DNA from: Ginkgo biloba
Taxonomy: Eukaryota > Plantae > Ginkgophyta
DNA length: 18,299 bases
NCBI GenBank assembly: GCA_024626585.2
Contig: JANKJI020000004.1
Coordinates: 50,914,542-50,932,840, forward strand
Reading direction: 5' to 3'
Part shown: positions 1-10,903 of the stretch, in pieces
Position numbering within the stretch: position 1 is the stretch's first letter
Layout: each line of letters begins with the position of its first letter
Notes under the pieces: generated by a model
What the model was told of the DNA's origin: nothing
Seen by the model: the letters and a program-made list of their open reading frames with translations, nothing else
Databases searched by the model: none
Position numbers and translations under genes: made by a program

Positions 1-469
1 GTATATCATCAACAAACTAATTGCCCGAGGGCATCTTCGCCAGTCTTGTTCACTTTTATGAATCTAATGCTTGTAAAAGGGATTAAGTTCAAAATAGTAT
101 CCCTACAAGACCATACAAGATTAACTAAGGAACAAGTGTGGCATACAACGAAAAAGTCGAACATTAATGGAGAGTATTTGTAATCCGGAGAAATAATCCA
201 CTTGCCAAGCATAACCACAAAAGGAAGATGGTTGTTATGCATAACCCAGTCNNNNNNNNNNNNNNNNNNNNNNNNNNNNNNNNCCAACCAGTGAAAAACC
301 CCAATAAGTTTTTTGTTAATTCAGTGGAATAACTTGTGCCATTGGCTGTAGTTGTTGCTGTTGTTTAGTATGTTGTCTTGATCTTTAATCCTGCATGGTT
401 TTCTCGCAACCTTCATCATAATCAAAATCATCTAGTAGTGCTATCTTCCATGAATAATTGTTGACGATC

Positions 470-855
470 TTCAACATTCTATCACTTCTCCCAGTGAACT
501 TCGGAATCTCAAGCCTTGGTTTCTGATGTTCAACTTCACGAGGTTTAGCATTACCTCTATGATTCCTTAGCTCACAAAAATCTCTAAAGGGTAAAGCCTT
601 CTCGCATGCTTCCTCCAACCTCTGATACTCTTTCAATATTTACTTCAAATTATCACAATCTTGGTCTCTGTCACTCTCAATGTCCTGAAGGCATCTTGTC
701 TCCCTCTGCCTATACCTCCGAATAGGTACGTCACCCTCATCCAAAGGAAGATTGCTATTCCTCTTCTGCTTTGCGTTCATCTGATGGAATAACTCTGCAA
801 TTTCAAATTATGTTTTCCCTACACCCTTCATACTAACCCGATTGCCTTCTGACAT
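470..855 (-). pseudogene. 5' fragment of a gypsy gag, decayed and truncated
   Basis: ATG at 855, about 60 nt downstream of the PBS. The frame has two stops and runs into KPRLEIPKFTG, a gag (K/R)L(D/E)IPxFxG-type motif. Similarity is lost after ~480. Confidence 0.7.
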
Positions 856-913
856 CTTCATTGACCAAGCATTCAGATAACTTCACCTAAGACCCACAGT
901 AGCAGAATTGGTA

Positions 914-925
914 GCTCTGATACCA
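914..925 (-). promoter_or_regulatory. Primer binding site complementary to the tRNA-iMet 3' end
   Basis: Minus strand reads ...AACA G TGGTATCAGAGC: the canonical plant PBS one base after an LTR-type CA end (plus-strand TGTT at 927). Confidence 0.9.
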
Positions 926-926
926 C

Positions 927-1842
927 TGTTAAAACCTCAATAATTTTTCCATTAATTCAGTGGAATAACTTCGCAACTATTAGGAACCTCTATAATTTTT
1001 TTGATAATTCACTAAAATAGCTTTGCTAGTAACTAAATACACATCAACATTTACTAGTAGAACTAGAAATAAGTAGCTATTACAGAATGAGATTTGATAG
1101 TAAGAACCGAAAATATCTATGAGATTCTAAATAATTATTTCAAAAAAATTCTAGAAAAATTGAACCCTATTGTAGCTGAAGATTAGATCTATAATTTGTT
1201 GCCCTATTATTCCTGTGGAACTCCATAGAAATCCCTCTGGTATTCTATCCCTTTAAAATGTGGCGCAACACACTATCTATAATTTGGAAGATGTCTTAGC
1301 CTGTGCACCCCTATCCAAGGAATTCTTGGTTGCCAAAGTTCCATAGAGGTTGCACAATGTGAGAATTTCACAGTCTATCTAGCAATTTAACATTTGAGTA
1401 CTTGAGAAATATGAGGCACCAACACCGATCCTTTCCCCAGACTGCTTAGCTATCACTGTGAACACATAAGTGAATTGGGCAAAACAATGTCTTCACAGTT
1501 GTTGAGCAACTTCTTGACCAAATTAGTAGAACAATTTAATTTTGCGCATGCCAGTGAATGTGCAGTCAACTCTACTCAACAAAAATTGAAGCTCCATTAC
1601 CAACCCCTGAAAACATATGAGAAAACTCGTGATGTTTTGGTCCTTAGAGGAAACTAGGCTTAGTCGATTCTTAGGTGAATCACTCCCAAGCATAAACAGG
1701 CCAACAAGTTAAAAAAACTACGCAATTTGAATCCCATTCTGATCCAAGTCGGATCTAATGTAGAAGGATCATTATCAGCTTCAATCTTCATTGTGGCAAG
1801 GAGCTGATAAATTGCATAAAGAAGCCACCTTATAAGGTGCCC
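927..1842 (-). mobile_element. Putative 5' LTR of the PBS/gag element (far boundary uncertain)
   Basis: LTR end (minus-strand ...AACA) abuts the PBS. The sequence is non-coding up to the gap at 1843. The true LTR start is not identifiable. Confidence 0.45.
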
Positions 1843-1942
1843 NNNNNNNNNNNNNNNNNNNNNNNNNNNNNNNNNNNNNNNNNNNNNNNNNNNNNNNNNN
1901 NNNNNNNNNNNNNNNNNNNNNNNNNNNNNNNNNNNNNNNNNN

Positions 1943-2050
1943 TTCTTTGATGATAATCTGACGGTAAGAATTTACCTTTCATCTTTGATACCATTTCCTC
2001 CCATGTCTGAATTTTCTCTTGCTTCTTCATCATTTTATCTTTTTGAAAAC
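1943..2050 (-). pseudogene. Second gypsy gag fragment (Retrotrans_gag-like core)
   Basis: QKDKMMKKQEKIQTWEEMVSKMKGKFLPSDYHQ fits the gag motif KI.(T/S)W..M..K(L/M)K.KF(L/M)P.DY. It runs into a gap. Confidence 0.8.
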
Positions 2051-3116
2051 TTCACACAAATATCTTAAAGGTGAATATATATAATTACAGTTGATGGCTT
2101 GATGAGTGTTTTCGTAACAAAAAGGCCCATTACATTTAGATAAGCTACTGCAAAATCTAATGTTGCTTAGCTACTCCACAAGCTTACATTAGTTTGATTG
2201 ACTTTAGCTAGTCTAGACACGCAGTCGCCAATAATGTACTGGCCCTACAGGCAACTTAAGAGGTTGCTGAAACAAACATTAACTACAAAGGTTGTCTCAG
2301 CCCCACCATATTCCATCACAGATTCCTCCCAATAGTTTTCTTCTATCATACCAACCAGAATTTTTTGGAGGGGTATAGGCTTTCTAGCTTTTCCTTTGCA
2401 TAAACATTTAAATTGCTTGCTAAATGGCCTACAAGGTGGTTGATTTTGAGTCTGAATGAGCATGCATAAGAGAGAGAATTTGTTTTGAGCTCCTTTGTAT
2501 TGCTGCTACCACTCTCCACATTTTCCCTTGATAGGATTAACTTCTCTTTAATAGTGTGGACATAACTGAGTCACTTGTTCCCCAACCACAACCACTTAGA
2601 GTGGATCTTTGCTTGAGAGTGGGTGGAAAACATCTTTGAGGCTTGTGGTGGACACNNNNNNNNNNNNNNNNNNNNNNNNNNNNNNNNNNNNNNNNNNNNN
2701 NNNNNNNNNNNNNNNNNNNNNNNNNNNNCCAAAAAGACATAAGGGAGATACAATAAGACACATGCAACCAAAAGAAAGTAATTCATCTATTTTCTCTTTT
2801 GCATCCTCCCAATACACTATTTATTTCACTATTTGGAGAAATAAAATAGTGAGAAAAAGACTATCCCTCCCAAAAGAAAATAATTCCCAAAGTCATAGGG
2901 ATTGAAATTAAAATAAAGTAAAACCAATTCTCCCTTCCCTACAATTTCCATTTTCTCCCCCCCTCTCTTTTAACATCAAATAAAACAAGAATAAAGANNN
3001 NNNNNNNNNNNNNNNNNNNNNNNNNNNNNNNNNNNNNNNNNNNNNNNNNNNNNNNNNNNNNNNNNNNNNNNNNNNNNNNNNNNNNNNNNNNNNNNNNCTC
3101 ACTTTGGTTCCCCCAC

Positions 3117-3133
3117 TTTTTTTTTTTTTTTTT
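3117..3133. repeat. T17 homopolymer
   Basis: Read directly. Confidence 0.9.
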
Positions 3134-3439
3134 ATCGACAAATGCCCACATAGGGCCCTCCTTCTTCTTGGAAACCATGAGTAAATTTAAAAGAAAGATG
3201 TGGGAAGAGAAATTTTAAGAGAAAAATAGCAAATGGATGAAAAAATCAGATTTTTCTCATTATTTTCTTCAAAAGTTTGAAATTCGCTTGCTCTTTTCTC
3301 AATGAATGAAGAACCAAGCTCTCCTTTATTTCCTCCTTGCAAAATGTTGAATAACCACACTAACAAAACCCTCTTTCCTCCTTGCTGAGTGCCTACAACT
3401 CCTCTACAGACAAAATAGCTTATGTTTTCTTTCAAATGA

Positions 3440-3454
3440 CTCTCTCTCTCTCTC
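3440..3454. repeat. (CT)7 microsatellite
   Basis: ctctctctctctctc read directly. Confidence 0.9.
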
Positions 3455-3940
3455 AGGTTACTAATGCAAAAAATAGTGCTAGGGTTAGTTAGGTTAGCTT
3501 AAAAGAAGAGCAAATAATTTCATCGGTATGCTTAGACTGTTGGCATTTATGACTGGTTGAATGCATATCCTCCTTGGAATAAGAACCCATCACCTGATCT
3601 TCCATTTTCCTGTTATACTTGTACACTCGAGTAACAGATTTATGAGTTTGAGTCCACAGTTGTGACAGGAAAGACGAGAGCCAGTGAAAGTGCGAGCAAT
3701 CAGCATAAAGACAAGCTCGATACTTTTCATTTCTTCAATTAAAGGCCTTACTGAACTAATAGCCCAAGATGTCCCAGAAAGAGCTGAAGTTCCAACTTGT
3801 TTCCTTAATAAAACATGATGAGATTTCCTAAAAATTTCCAGATTGACTTGATGAATGAATCTTCCCTTGAACCATGCATTCATTGGGAAAACTATTTTAT
3901 CCCAGAATGTCTAATTTCTGCAGAAAGTATCATGTTTCAG

Positions 3941-4090
3941 TGCTTGATTTGTGGAGTCTTGACAATCAAAGAAAGGATGAAAGTTTCTAGCATAATCGTC
4001 AGCCAAAATACGAGGCTTACCTTGTCCAAGAAATCTGCTTGACTCGTGGAGTCTTGACAATCAAAGAATGGATGAAAGTTTCAAGCTAAT
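3941..4090. repeat. Direct repeat of ~55 bp, two copies 95 bp apart
   Basis: TGCTTGAtTtGTGGAGTCTTGACAATCAAAGAAaGGATGAAAGTTTC at 3941 versus TGCTTGAcTcGTGGAGTCTTGACAATCAAAGAAtGGATGAAAGTTTC at 4036. Confidence 0.92.
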
Positions 4091-4472
4091 GAACCATATT
4101 GCAATTCCTTCCTACATACGTTTTGACCACATGAACAAATACTACCATGCTGGGCCTGCCTTTATTGGTGACCCACACCCTTCTACAACCTCAGGAGAAA
4201 TCAAACCTAAGTCAGTTTCCTACGAAGGTTTGACAAGGACTCAATTCCCTGCTTGCTTTTCTGCCATAATTTATTAACTACAAGTCTTCAATCCGATAAT
4301 GTGTTGATTACAGTGAATTTCACTATGATAAACCATCTCATTGGCCAATAATACAATAACTTGTAGTGAAAGTAAAGCACAGTATGGAACTCTAATTTCC
4401 CTTTCACAACTTAAATCAAATGCCCATTTTGGTCAGTTGGTCCAAGTCGTTATTACTGGGACATGTATACAT

Positions 4473-5300
4473 TGTAACATATGCTCTAAGAAAGATGTCC
4501 CTCTTTAAAAGATGGTAATTNNNNNNNNNNNNNNNNNNNNNNNNNNNNNNNNNNNNNNNNNNNNNNNNNNNNNNNNNNNNNNNNNNNNNNNNNNNNNNNN
4601 NNNNNNNNNNNNNNNNNNNNATGACATGACAACAACCTTGTACGATAGTGATGATGTGGCAACAAGATAGAAAGGATGATGTGGCAACATAAAAATCGAC
4701 CTAAGGATGATAACATGGCAACACAAGGATGGACGTCATCCATAGAAATCATGTAGTAGAGATGCCAACATTTGTACGTGTATGAATTGTCTATGCAAAC
4801 GTTTGTACATGTTTGTGTAGTCGTCCATATCCCTATCCATATAGTCTACCTGTACATACGGACTATACGAATTGTTCCATGTAATATAGATAGAAAAGAA
4901 GCATAAATGACAACCATTATTTAGAGGCACAAATTGAAGTAATAAAAGAGACATTATTTAGGCATAATCAATGATGTATTTATTAGCATTTAATGAAGAG
5001 GCATGAAATGAAAAGTTAGAATTAGGGTTACATCACTTCAATGAGAAAGGACAAGGGGAGAGAGATTATAAATAGGAAAGGGAAAACCCCTCCAAGGTAT
5101 TAGTGGCAAGTTGTCTTCTAGGGTTTAATAGGAGAGGTCAATCTCTAGTAGATGCATTATCTACAGTCATTAATGAACAATAAATGAAAATTTGTACCCC
5201 AGATTGTGTATTGACAATTCTTCGTATGATGTTTCTATGTAATGAATGCATGTTATGTCTTCATGAATGATTATTAACCCATTGTTAATAATGGGCTTCG
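4473..5300 (+). mobile_element. LTR-like segment (boundaries approximate)
   Basis: Starts TGTAAC at 4473. U3-like short repeats at 4621-4723, TATAAATA at 5067-5074, AATAAA at 5179-5184, then a T-rich U5-like stretch. No TSD or clean end found. Confidence 0.45.
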
Positions 5301-5770
5301 CACCTAAGACTTGCCATTAGTCAACAAATGCCAATTCTCATATGGAACTGCTAAAGATTGTAACAATCCTAGTGTTGGAATGATCTCTAGATTTATTGCT
5401 TCACGTGAGGGGCATTCTAAAGAACATGCCTTGTTTTAGGGTTTGATGCCCTTCTAATAGAAGTATTTCCTTGTCCTTGCATAGGTTTTTGCAAATTGTT
5501 TATGTCCCCCACCTAGTAATGCATTGCATTCATCAATGATGATTCTCTAAAAATGCAAATAAGAAAGTATGTAGATTCTACTATATTTTCTTACAAATCC
5601 ATAAAGTGACATGAGGAAAAATGGTATTTGTAACATGTTGCAAGGTCATGAGTTTTTGCGATATTTTGTTATACTAACAATATCCTTGTTGAAGTACTTC
5701 CAACCAAGTGCATGATGTTCAAACAAAGGCATCAACTCCTCGATCTAATTTACACTTGACATGTTAAGTT

Positions 5771-6340
5771 TGTGACAAGCCCATTCCTTAACTATGGTTT
5801 ACTAGGGATTTATATCAATCCATTAAATGATGTGCCATNNNNNNNNNNNNNNNNNNNNNNNNNNNNNNNNNNNNNNNNNNNNNNNNNNNNNNNNNNNNNN
5901 NNNNNNNNNNNNNNNNNNNNNNNNNNNNNNNNNNNNNNTTTATTAATTAGCTTTAGGCTAATTCTAGTTAGTGAATGTGTAAAGGCATATTGCTATTATT
6001 AATATGGCCTTTAATAGACATTTGTTAAAGCATTTGAGGTTGTTATAGGTTAAAGGGAATATTGCATGGAATATCTCCTAAGAGAATCTACTAAATGTAA
6101 CCAAGACTCCTCTTATAAAATGACCTTAGGTTTCTCCTCATGCACAACTTCTTGTATTTCTTGAATATAATTTGCAAGTGAAATCAAGAGAGTTTGGTTA
6201 TTTATACAAAGCTTGTGAATGTTTATGTTTATTGATTTATCTTTGAATCTTGCTTGATGGTGATAGATCTTAGATTGCAAATCTCATAGGATGCATAGAA
6301 TATCATAGGATATCTTGGAAGGGGATTTCACATGTACACA
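5771..6340 (+). mobile_element. Candidate solo LTR
   Basis: TGTG...CACA termini flanked by AGTT (5767-5770 and 6341-6344). TATAAAA at 6114-6120 is followed by T-rich sequence. Spans a 100-N gap. Confidence 0.4.
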
Positions 6341-7412
6341 AGTTGATACAGGTCATTTTCTAAGGCCACTTGCCAAGGTGCACGCTTTCAACACTTTTTT
6401 ATGAGTTTTTGAGCTTATAGGACCTATACCATATTTTTGCACCTAGTTATGTGGAAGTGCACCCGCTTTGTTGATTTATGTGTTTGTGAATGCACTGACA
6501 TGATAAAGTGCATACTTACACAATAAAGTGTGTGTAGATACGATATTACAAAAAATACTAAATTGAGACCCTACAGTTTGGCCTGAGATCTTGATTCAAG
6601 AGAAAAAAGAGTATAGAGGTTTAAGAATGTAGATTATCGAGTTGGATTTTCAATTACGCTTTCACATACTTGTGAAAATCCTAGAACTACCGAGCATGTA
6701 CATCAACTAAGATTTTTATATGCACCATCAAGTATCAAAATTTGGGCAAGTCTTGAAAGTGATGTAAGAAATTATTGAAATATCATGAAGAAATAATAAG
6801 TTTGCAAGAAAGTGCAGGTTTTCAAAAAGTCAGTAAGCGTAAATTACCAAAAAAAAAGTTGCACCCTTTGTTGCAAANNNNNNNNNNNNNNNNNNNNNNN
6901 NNNNNNNNNNNNNNNNNNNNNNNNNNNNNGATTTGTACTTGATAATAAGCTTGTGATTTCTCCAAAGTTTCAACTTTTTCTCCATATATAAATGTAATAT
7001 ATTCTTCTTGTAAGATAGAAGTTTTTATGCACTCTAGTTTCAATCTCATTTAAGAGATAAGTATCTCTATAATTAATGGATTGTGATTCAATTTCTTAAT
7101 TTTATTTAAGAGAATTTTTTTAATTTGTTATGAATATGACCACTACCTCAAATGTGATGTTAAATTGTGTTGAATTTAAATTATAAAGTTGTTTATGCTA
7201 TACATATTCCCAAGTTTCGGATCACAAGTTGTAGTCTAAACTTGTAATATAACATTCAAAATTCATTGATAATTTGATTGCCTTAAATGGTCACATGTGA
7301 ATAAAAGGAAAGTAGGAGGTTTCAAAAATATGACCTTGCCTGAAGATACATCTTATCACATTATTACAATTGTGTCTTTTCATCTCTAATTAGCATAATA
7401 ATTAATCTTTTA

Positions 7413-7751
7413 ACAACCAATTGCTTAACTCTTACGATCGATGGTTTAGATGTTGCAACCGACATACCTAGACCTGCAACTAGCAACATGCAATTTTGCG
7501 ACCAATAGCCGATGCATTGTTTCCTGCAATCTGTCTCTATCTGTTGTGACCGTATATACAACATACTATGATCGACTACCTATAATGTGGTCATCGATCG
7601 CATGTGTATTGCTACCTACAATTTGTATTCTTGTTATATTGCTATAATCGTCCATATATGACTACAATTGACCATTACACTTAATGTAACCAACTACACA
7701 AGCTTACAATTGACAATATTATTGTTGCAACTGACTTTATAAGCAACCAAC
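7413..7751. repeat. Degenerate ~21-bp-period array, core consensus YTGCGACCGAC
   Basis: Cores start at 7413, 7434, 7455, 7476, 7498, 7526, 7546, 7568 and 7644, 7664, 7686, 7706, 7727, 7743. Deviations from the consensus are mostly C>T or G>A. Confidence 0.7.
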
Positions 7752-8552
7752 TACTATTTCACTTGTACAAGGAATCAGGCATACATCTCACTGTACACAA
7801 ACTTTGTGTGTCCTTGCTCAAACACAAGTGAATCAAAGCTGGATGCTTGGTATAAGGAAAATTTTCAAAAATTGTGTCTCTTTTACCCACTTGAAAATTT
7901 TTTAGGCACCACCAAAACCAAAAAACTGTGCAAAGTTGTGCTTTGTCTTGTATGCTTTTAGCAGTGGGACTTGGTCTCCATTTTAAGACTATTAGAGCTA
8001 AACACTCTTGGCTACTACATTATTTGGACTAAGGCTTTGGTTTTATTCTCCAATTGTTACACTTCTACCTAGTGTCCGTTGTGCATATTCACCAATTCTC
8101 ACAAATATTAAGCCTAAACACTTGACAACTCTTGGTCCTTAGCGCTTAATTGTTGTGCAAGATCAACGAAGCAATCTTCAAGCNNNNNNNNNNNNNNNNN
8201 NNNNNNNNNNNNNNNNNNNNNNNNNNNNNNNNNNNNNNNNNNNNNNNNNNNNNNNNNNNNNNNNNNNNNNNNNNNNNNNNNNNNNNNNNNNNNNNNNNNN
8301 NNNNNNNNNNNNNNNNNNNNNNNNNNNNNNNNNNNNNNNNNNNNNNNNNNNNNNNNNNNNNNNNNNNNNNNNNNNNNNNNNNNNNNNNNNNNNNNNNNNN
8401 NNNNNNNNNNNNNNNNNNNNNNNNNNNNNNNNNNNNNNNNNNNNNNNNNNNNNNNNNNNNNNNNNNNNNNNNNNNNNNNNNNNNNNNNNNNNNNNNNNNN
8501 NNNNNNNNNNNNNNNNNNNNNNNNNNNNNNNNNNNNNNNNNNNNNNNNNNNN

Positions 8553-10850
8553 GACCTACGTTCAAGTTATCATCAAACTTGAATAAGAGTTGGGGATGAA
8601 GCCAAAACATTCCATGTAGATTGACGACACTATGAGTATTTGATAAGGTCTTTTGGCTTAGTCAATGCACGCATATCTTTCCAATCATTGATGAACAAAA
8701 TGTTGGAACCATATATTGGCAAGTTCGTCTTGATATTTTTTGATGACATCCTAATTTATTCAAAAACTTGGAAGGAACTTTCATGACAGTTTGCACAGTG
8801 TTGAAAATACTAAGGAAAAATAAACCTTATGCAAATCTTAGCAAATGTACATTTGGGTAAATACAGGTAGAATATTTAGGACATGCCATATCCATGGAAG
8901 GTTTTTGTGTGGATGAGAAGAAAGTGAAAATAACTAAGCAATGGCCTACACCTACCAATCCAATGCAACTCTATTCAATTTTGGGATTGGCATCATACTA
9001 TTGTGGATTTCTCAAAGGATTCTCTCAAATGGAAAGACCTTTGATTGATATATTAAAACTAATGCTTCTACTTAGAGTAAGGAAGCACAAAGAAGATTTG
9101 AAATCCCTAATTTTACTAAGCCATTGTAGTGGATGCTAATGGCATAGTTGTGGGAGCCAAATTAACGCAAGAAGAAAGCGTATTTGCCTATCAAAAAAGA
9201 AGTTAAATGAGGCTCAACAAAGTTGGCAGTGGATAGGCAAATACATGTGCCACCATTCATATAATGAAGAAAAGGCAACATTACGTGCTTGGGAGTAAAT
9301 TCACACTACAAATGGACACAACAATTTGCAACACATGTTAAATCAGAAGTCATTAGACACAAGGCAAAGAAAATGGTTTTAAATGCTACAAGGATATGAA
9401 ATGACTATCAAATGTGTCAAAGGCAAATTTAACAGTAGTCGATGCCCTTTCTCACATTTCATGCAATCATGTCCACACCACTTCACAATATGTGCAGACA
9501 AAAACATACAACTTCAACAAAATTACCAACAACATAGGGACATATAATAAATGTTGACAACTTCACAAAATGGGACAAATAATCACTGCCCGCATATTGC
9601 ATCAATAGGCAACATCTTAAAGTACAAAGGTAGAATTAACATATCTAGCTAAATCCTATTTTCAATACATCATTTTTAACAAACACCACACATCACCAAT
9701 GGGAGGACCTAAGGATTTTATCAAAACTTGCGCTCGAATCAAAAACCAATTTCGTCGTAAATGCATTAAGAAATCAAGACATAATTAGTGGAATGCCATT
9801 CATGCCAAGCAAATAAGGAGGAGACGATTCCAACACCAAGACTACTAGCATCTACCCATTCCATATAAAAAAATGGAACTCGAACACATTGGACTTTATC
9901 ACTAGATTGCCTAGAGTTCAAAGAAAATTTGATTGCATCTTTGTTATGGTCAATCGACTCATCAACTATGTTGATTTCATTCCTTGTTTACAACACACAA
10001 GGGCCCACAAAGTGGCTAAATTATTTGTGCAAAATGTAATATACACTCCCATCAACGATTGAGATTCCCAATTCATCAACAATTTTTTAAAGGAATCAAA
10101 GGACTTAAGGGGCACCGCATCTAGCATGAACTCTTCATATTATTGACAAACTGATGGGCAAACAAAAATTGCTAACAAAGCATTGACCTAGGACAATATG
10201 TAAACGACAAGCAGACCTCATGAAACAAATCGCTTTAACTCATTGAAATATCTTACAATACGACACCATGTGTAACCATAGGAATGTCACCTTTCAAAGC
10301 ATCATATGGATACAAGCCCCATATGCCACTTATTTGACTCAATTTTGAACCAAGGACACAAGCTATTCAGGAAATAACGGATGAAATGATATGGATTATC
10401 AATAGGGTTAAAGAGCATGTGGCCATTCTCAAGAGGTAATGAAACAATGAGCAAATGCACATCAAATGGAGCAAGCTTTATGGTGCACAATTGGATCTAT
10501 GTATGAATAAAGCTATATTGTCAATCTTCAATTAAAGGAATAATGAACCCAAATATAAGGGGCCTTGCAAAATAACCAAAAAGATAGGAGAAATAGCCTA
10601 TTGCTTGAAACATCCTGCCACCAGCAAAACACAGAATGTATTTTATGTTTTGCAACTGAAGAAGCAATTGGAAGAAAGAATCACACTAGTTGTGGAACTA
10701 CCACCAATCGATAATAAAGGGCAACTTCAACTCATTACAGAATGCGATGTGAATCAGAAGTACTAGAGGCTACAACAGAAGATATAATCGCATGGAAGAA
10801 CTTCCCAAAGAAGATGCTACATTGCAACCAAGGCCTTCCTTACAAGAACA
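8553..10850 (+). pseudogene. Degenerate Ty3/gypsy (chromovirus-type) pol: reverse transcriptase, RNase H, integrase, GPY/F motif, chromodomain remnant
   Basis: Manual translation across stops and frameshifts. RT: DLRSSYHQ...[14 protein letters not shown]...[43 protein letters not shown]. RNase H: VVDANGIVVGAKL. Integrase: HTSPMGG...ECHSCQANK, DFITRLP, QTDGQTK. GPY/F: YKGPCKITKKIGEIAYCL...NVFYVLQLKK. Chromodomain: IAWKNFP/EDATLQ (~10787-10830). The order RT-RH-INT is the gypsy order. The 5' end is lost in the 8184-8552 gap. Confidence 0.95.
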
Positions 10851-10889
10851 CCCAGAATTGTTTGGCTATCTTTGAGGGCAAAGTCTGTT

Positions 10890-10901
10890 GAGAGAAGGAG
10901 A
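10890..10901 (+). promoter_or_regulatory. Polypurine tract (PPT) of the gypsy element
   Basis: GAGAGAAGGAGA lies right after the pol end (CTTTGAGGGCAAAG) and 2 nt before TGTTA at 10904. Confidence 0.75.
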
Positions 10902-10903
10902 TT

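Larger units (their letters stand above)
292..971. repeat. Dispersed ~45-bp repeat of the LTR terminus (292-335 and 927-971)
   Basis: Exact 20-mer TTAATTCAGTGGAATAACTT at 316-335 and 952-971, with similar 5' flanks. A weaker third copy lies at ~983-1023. Confidence 0.8.

Noticed and set aside
1-60. FVDDI on the minus strand, resembling the copia RT YVDD motif
   Set aside because: No upstream RT motifs in any frame. It is at the window edge and likely chance.
3941-4090. Repeat-spacer-repeat as a CRISPR array
   Set aside because: Only two ~55-bp copies, eukaryotic context, no cas genes.
4165-4185. Minus-strand AAGGGTGTGGG, resembling the G-rich 5' end of plant telomerase RNA
   Set aside because: No CTAAACCCT-type template downstream and no USE/TATA Pol III promoter upstream.
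8146-8610. Long ORFs in the track spanning N runs (also near 2537-2905, 2908-3178, 4486-4752, 5772-6002, 13417-13689 and 14597-14825)
   Set aside because: Artefacts of translating through gaps.
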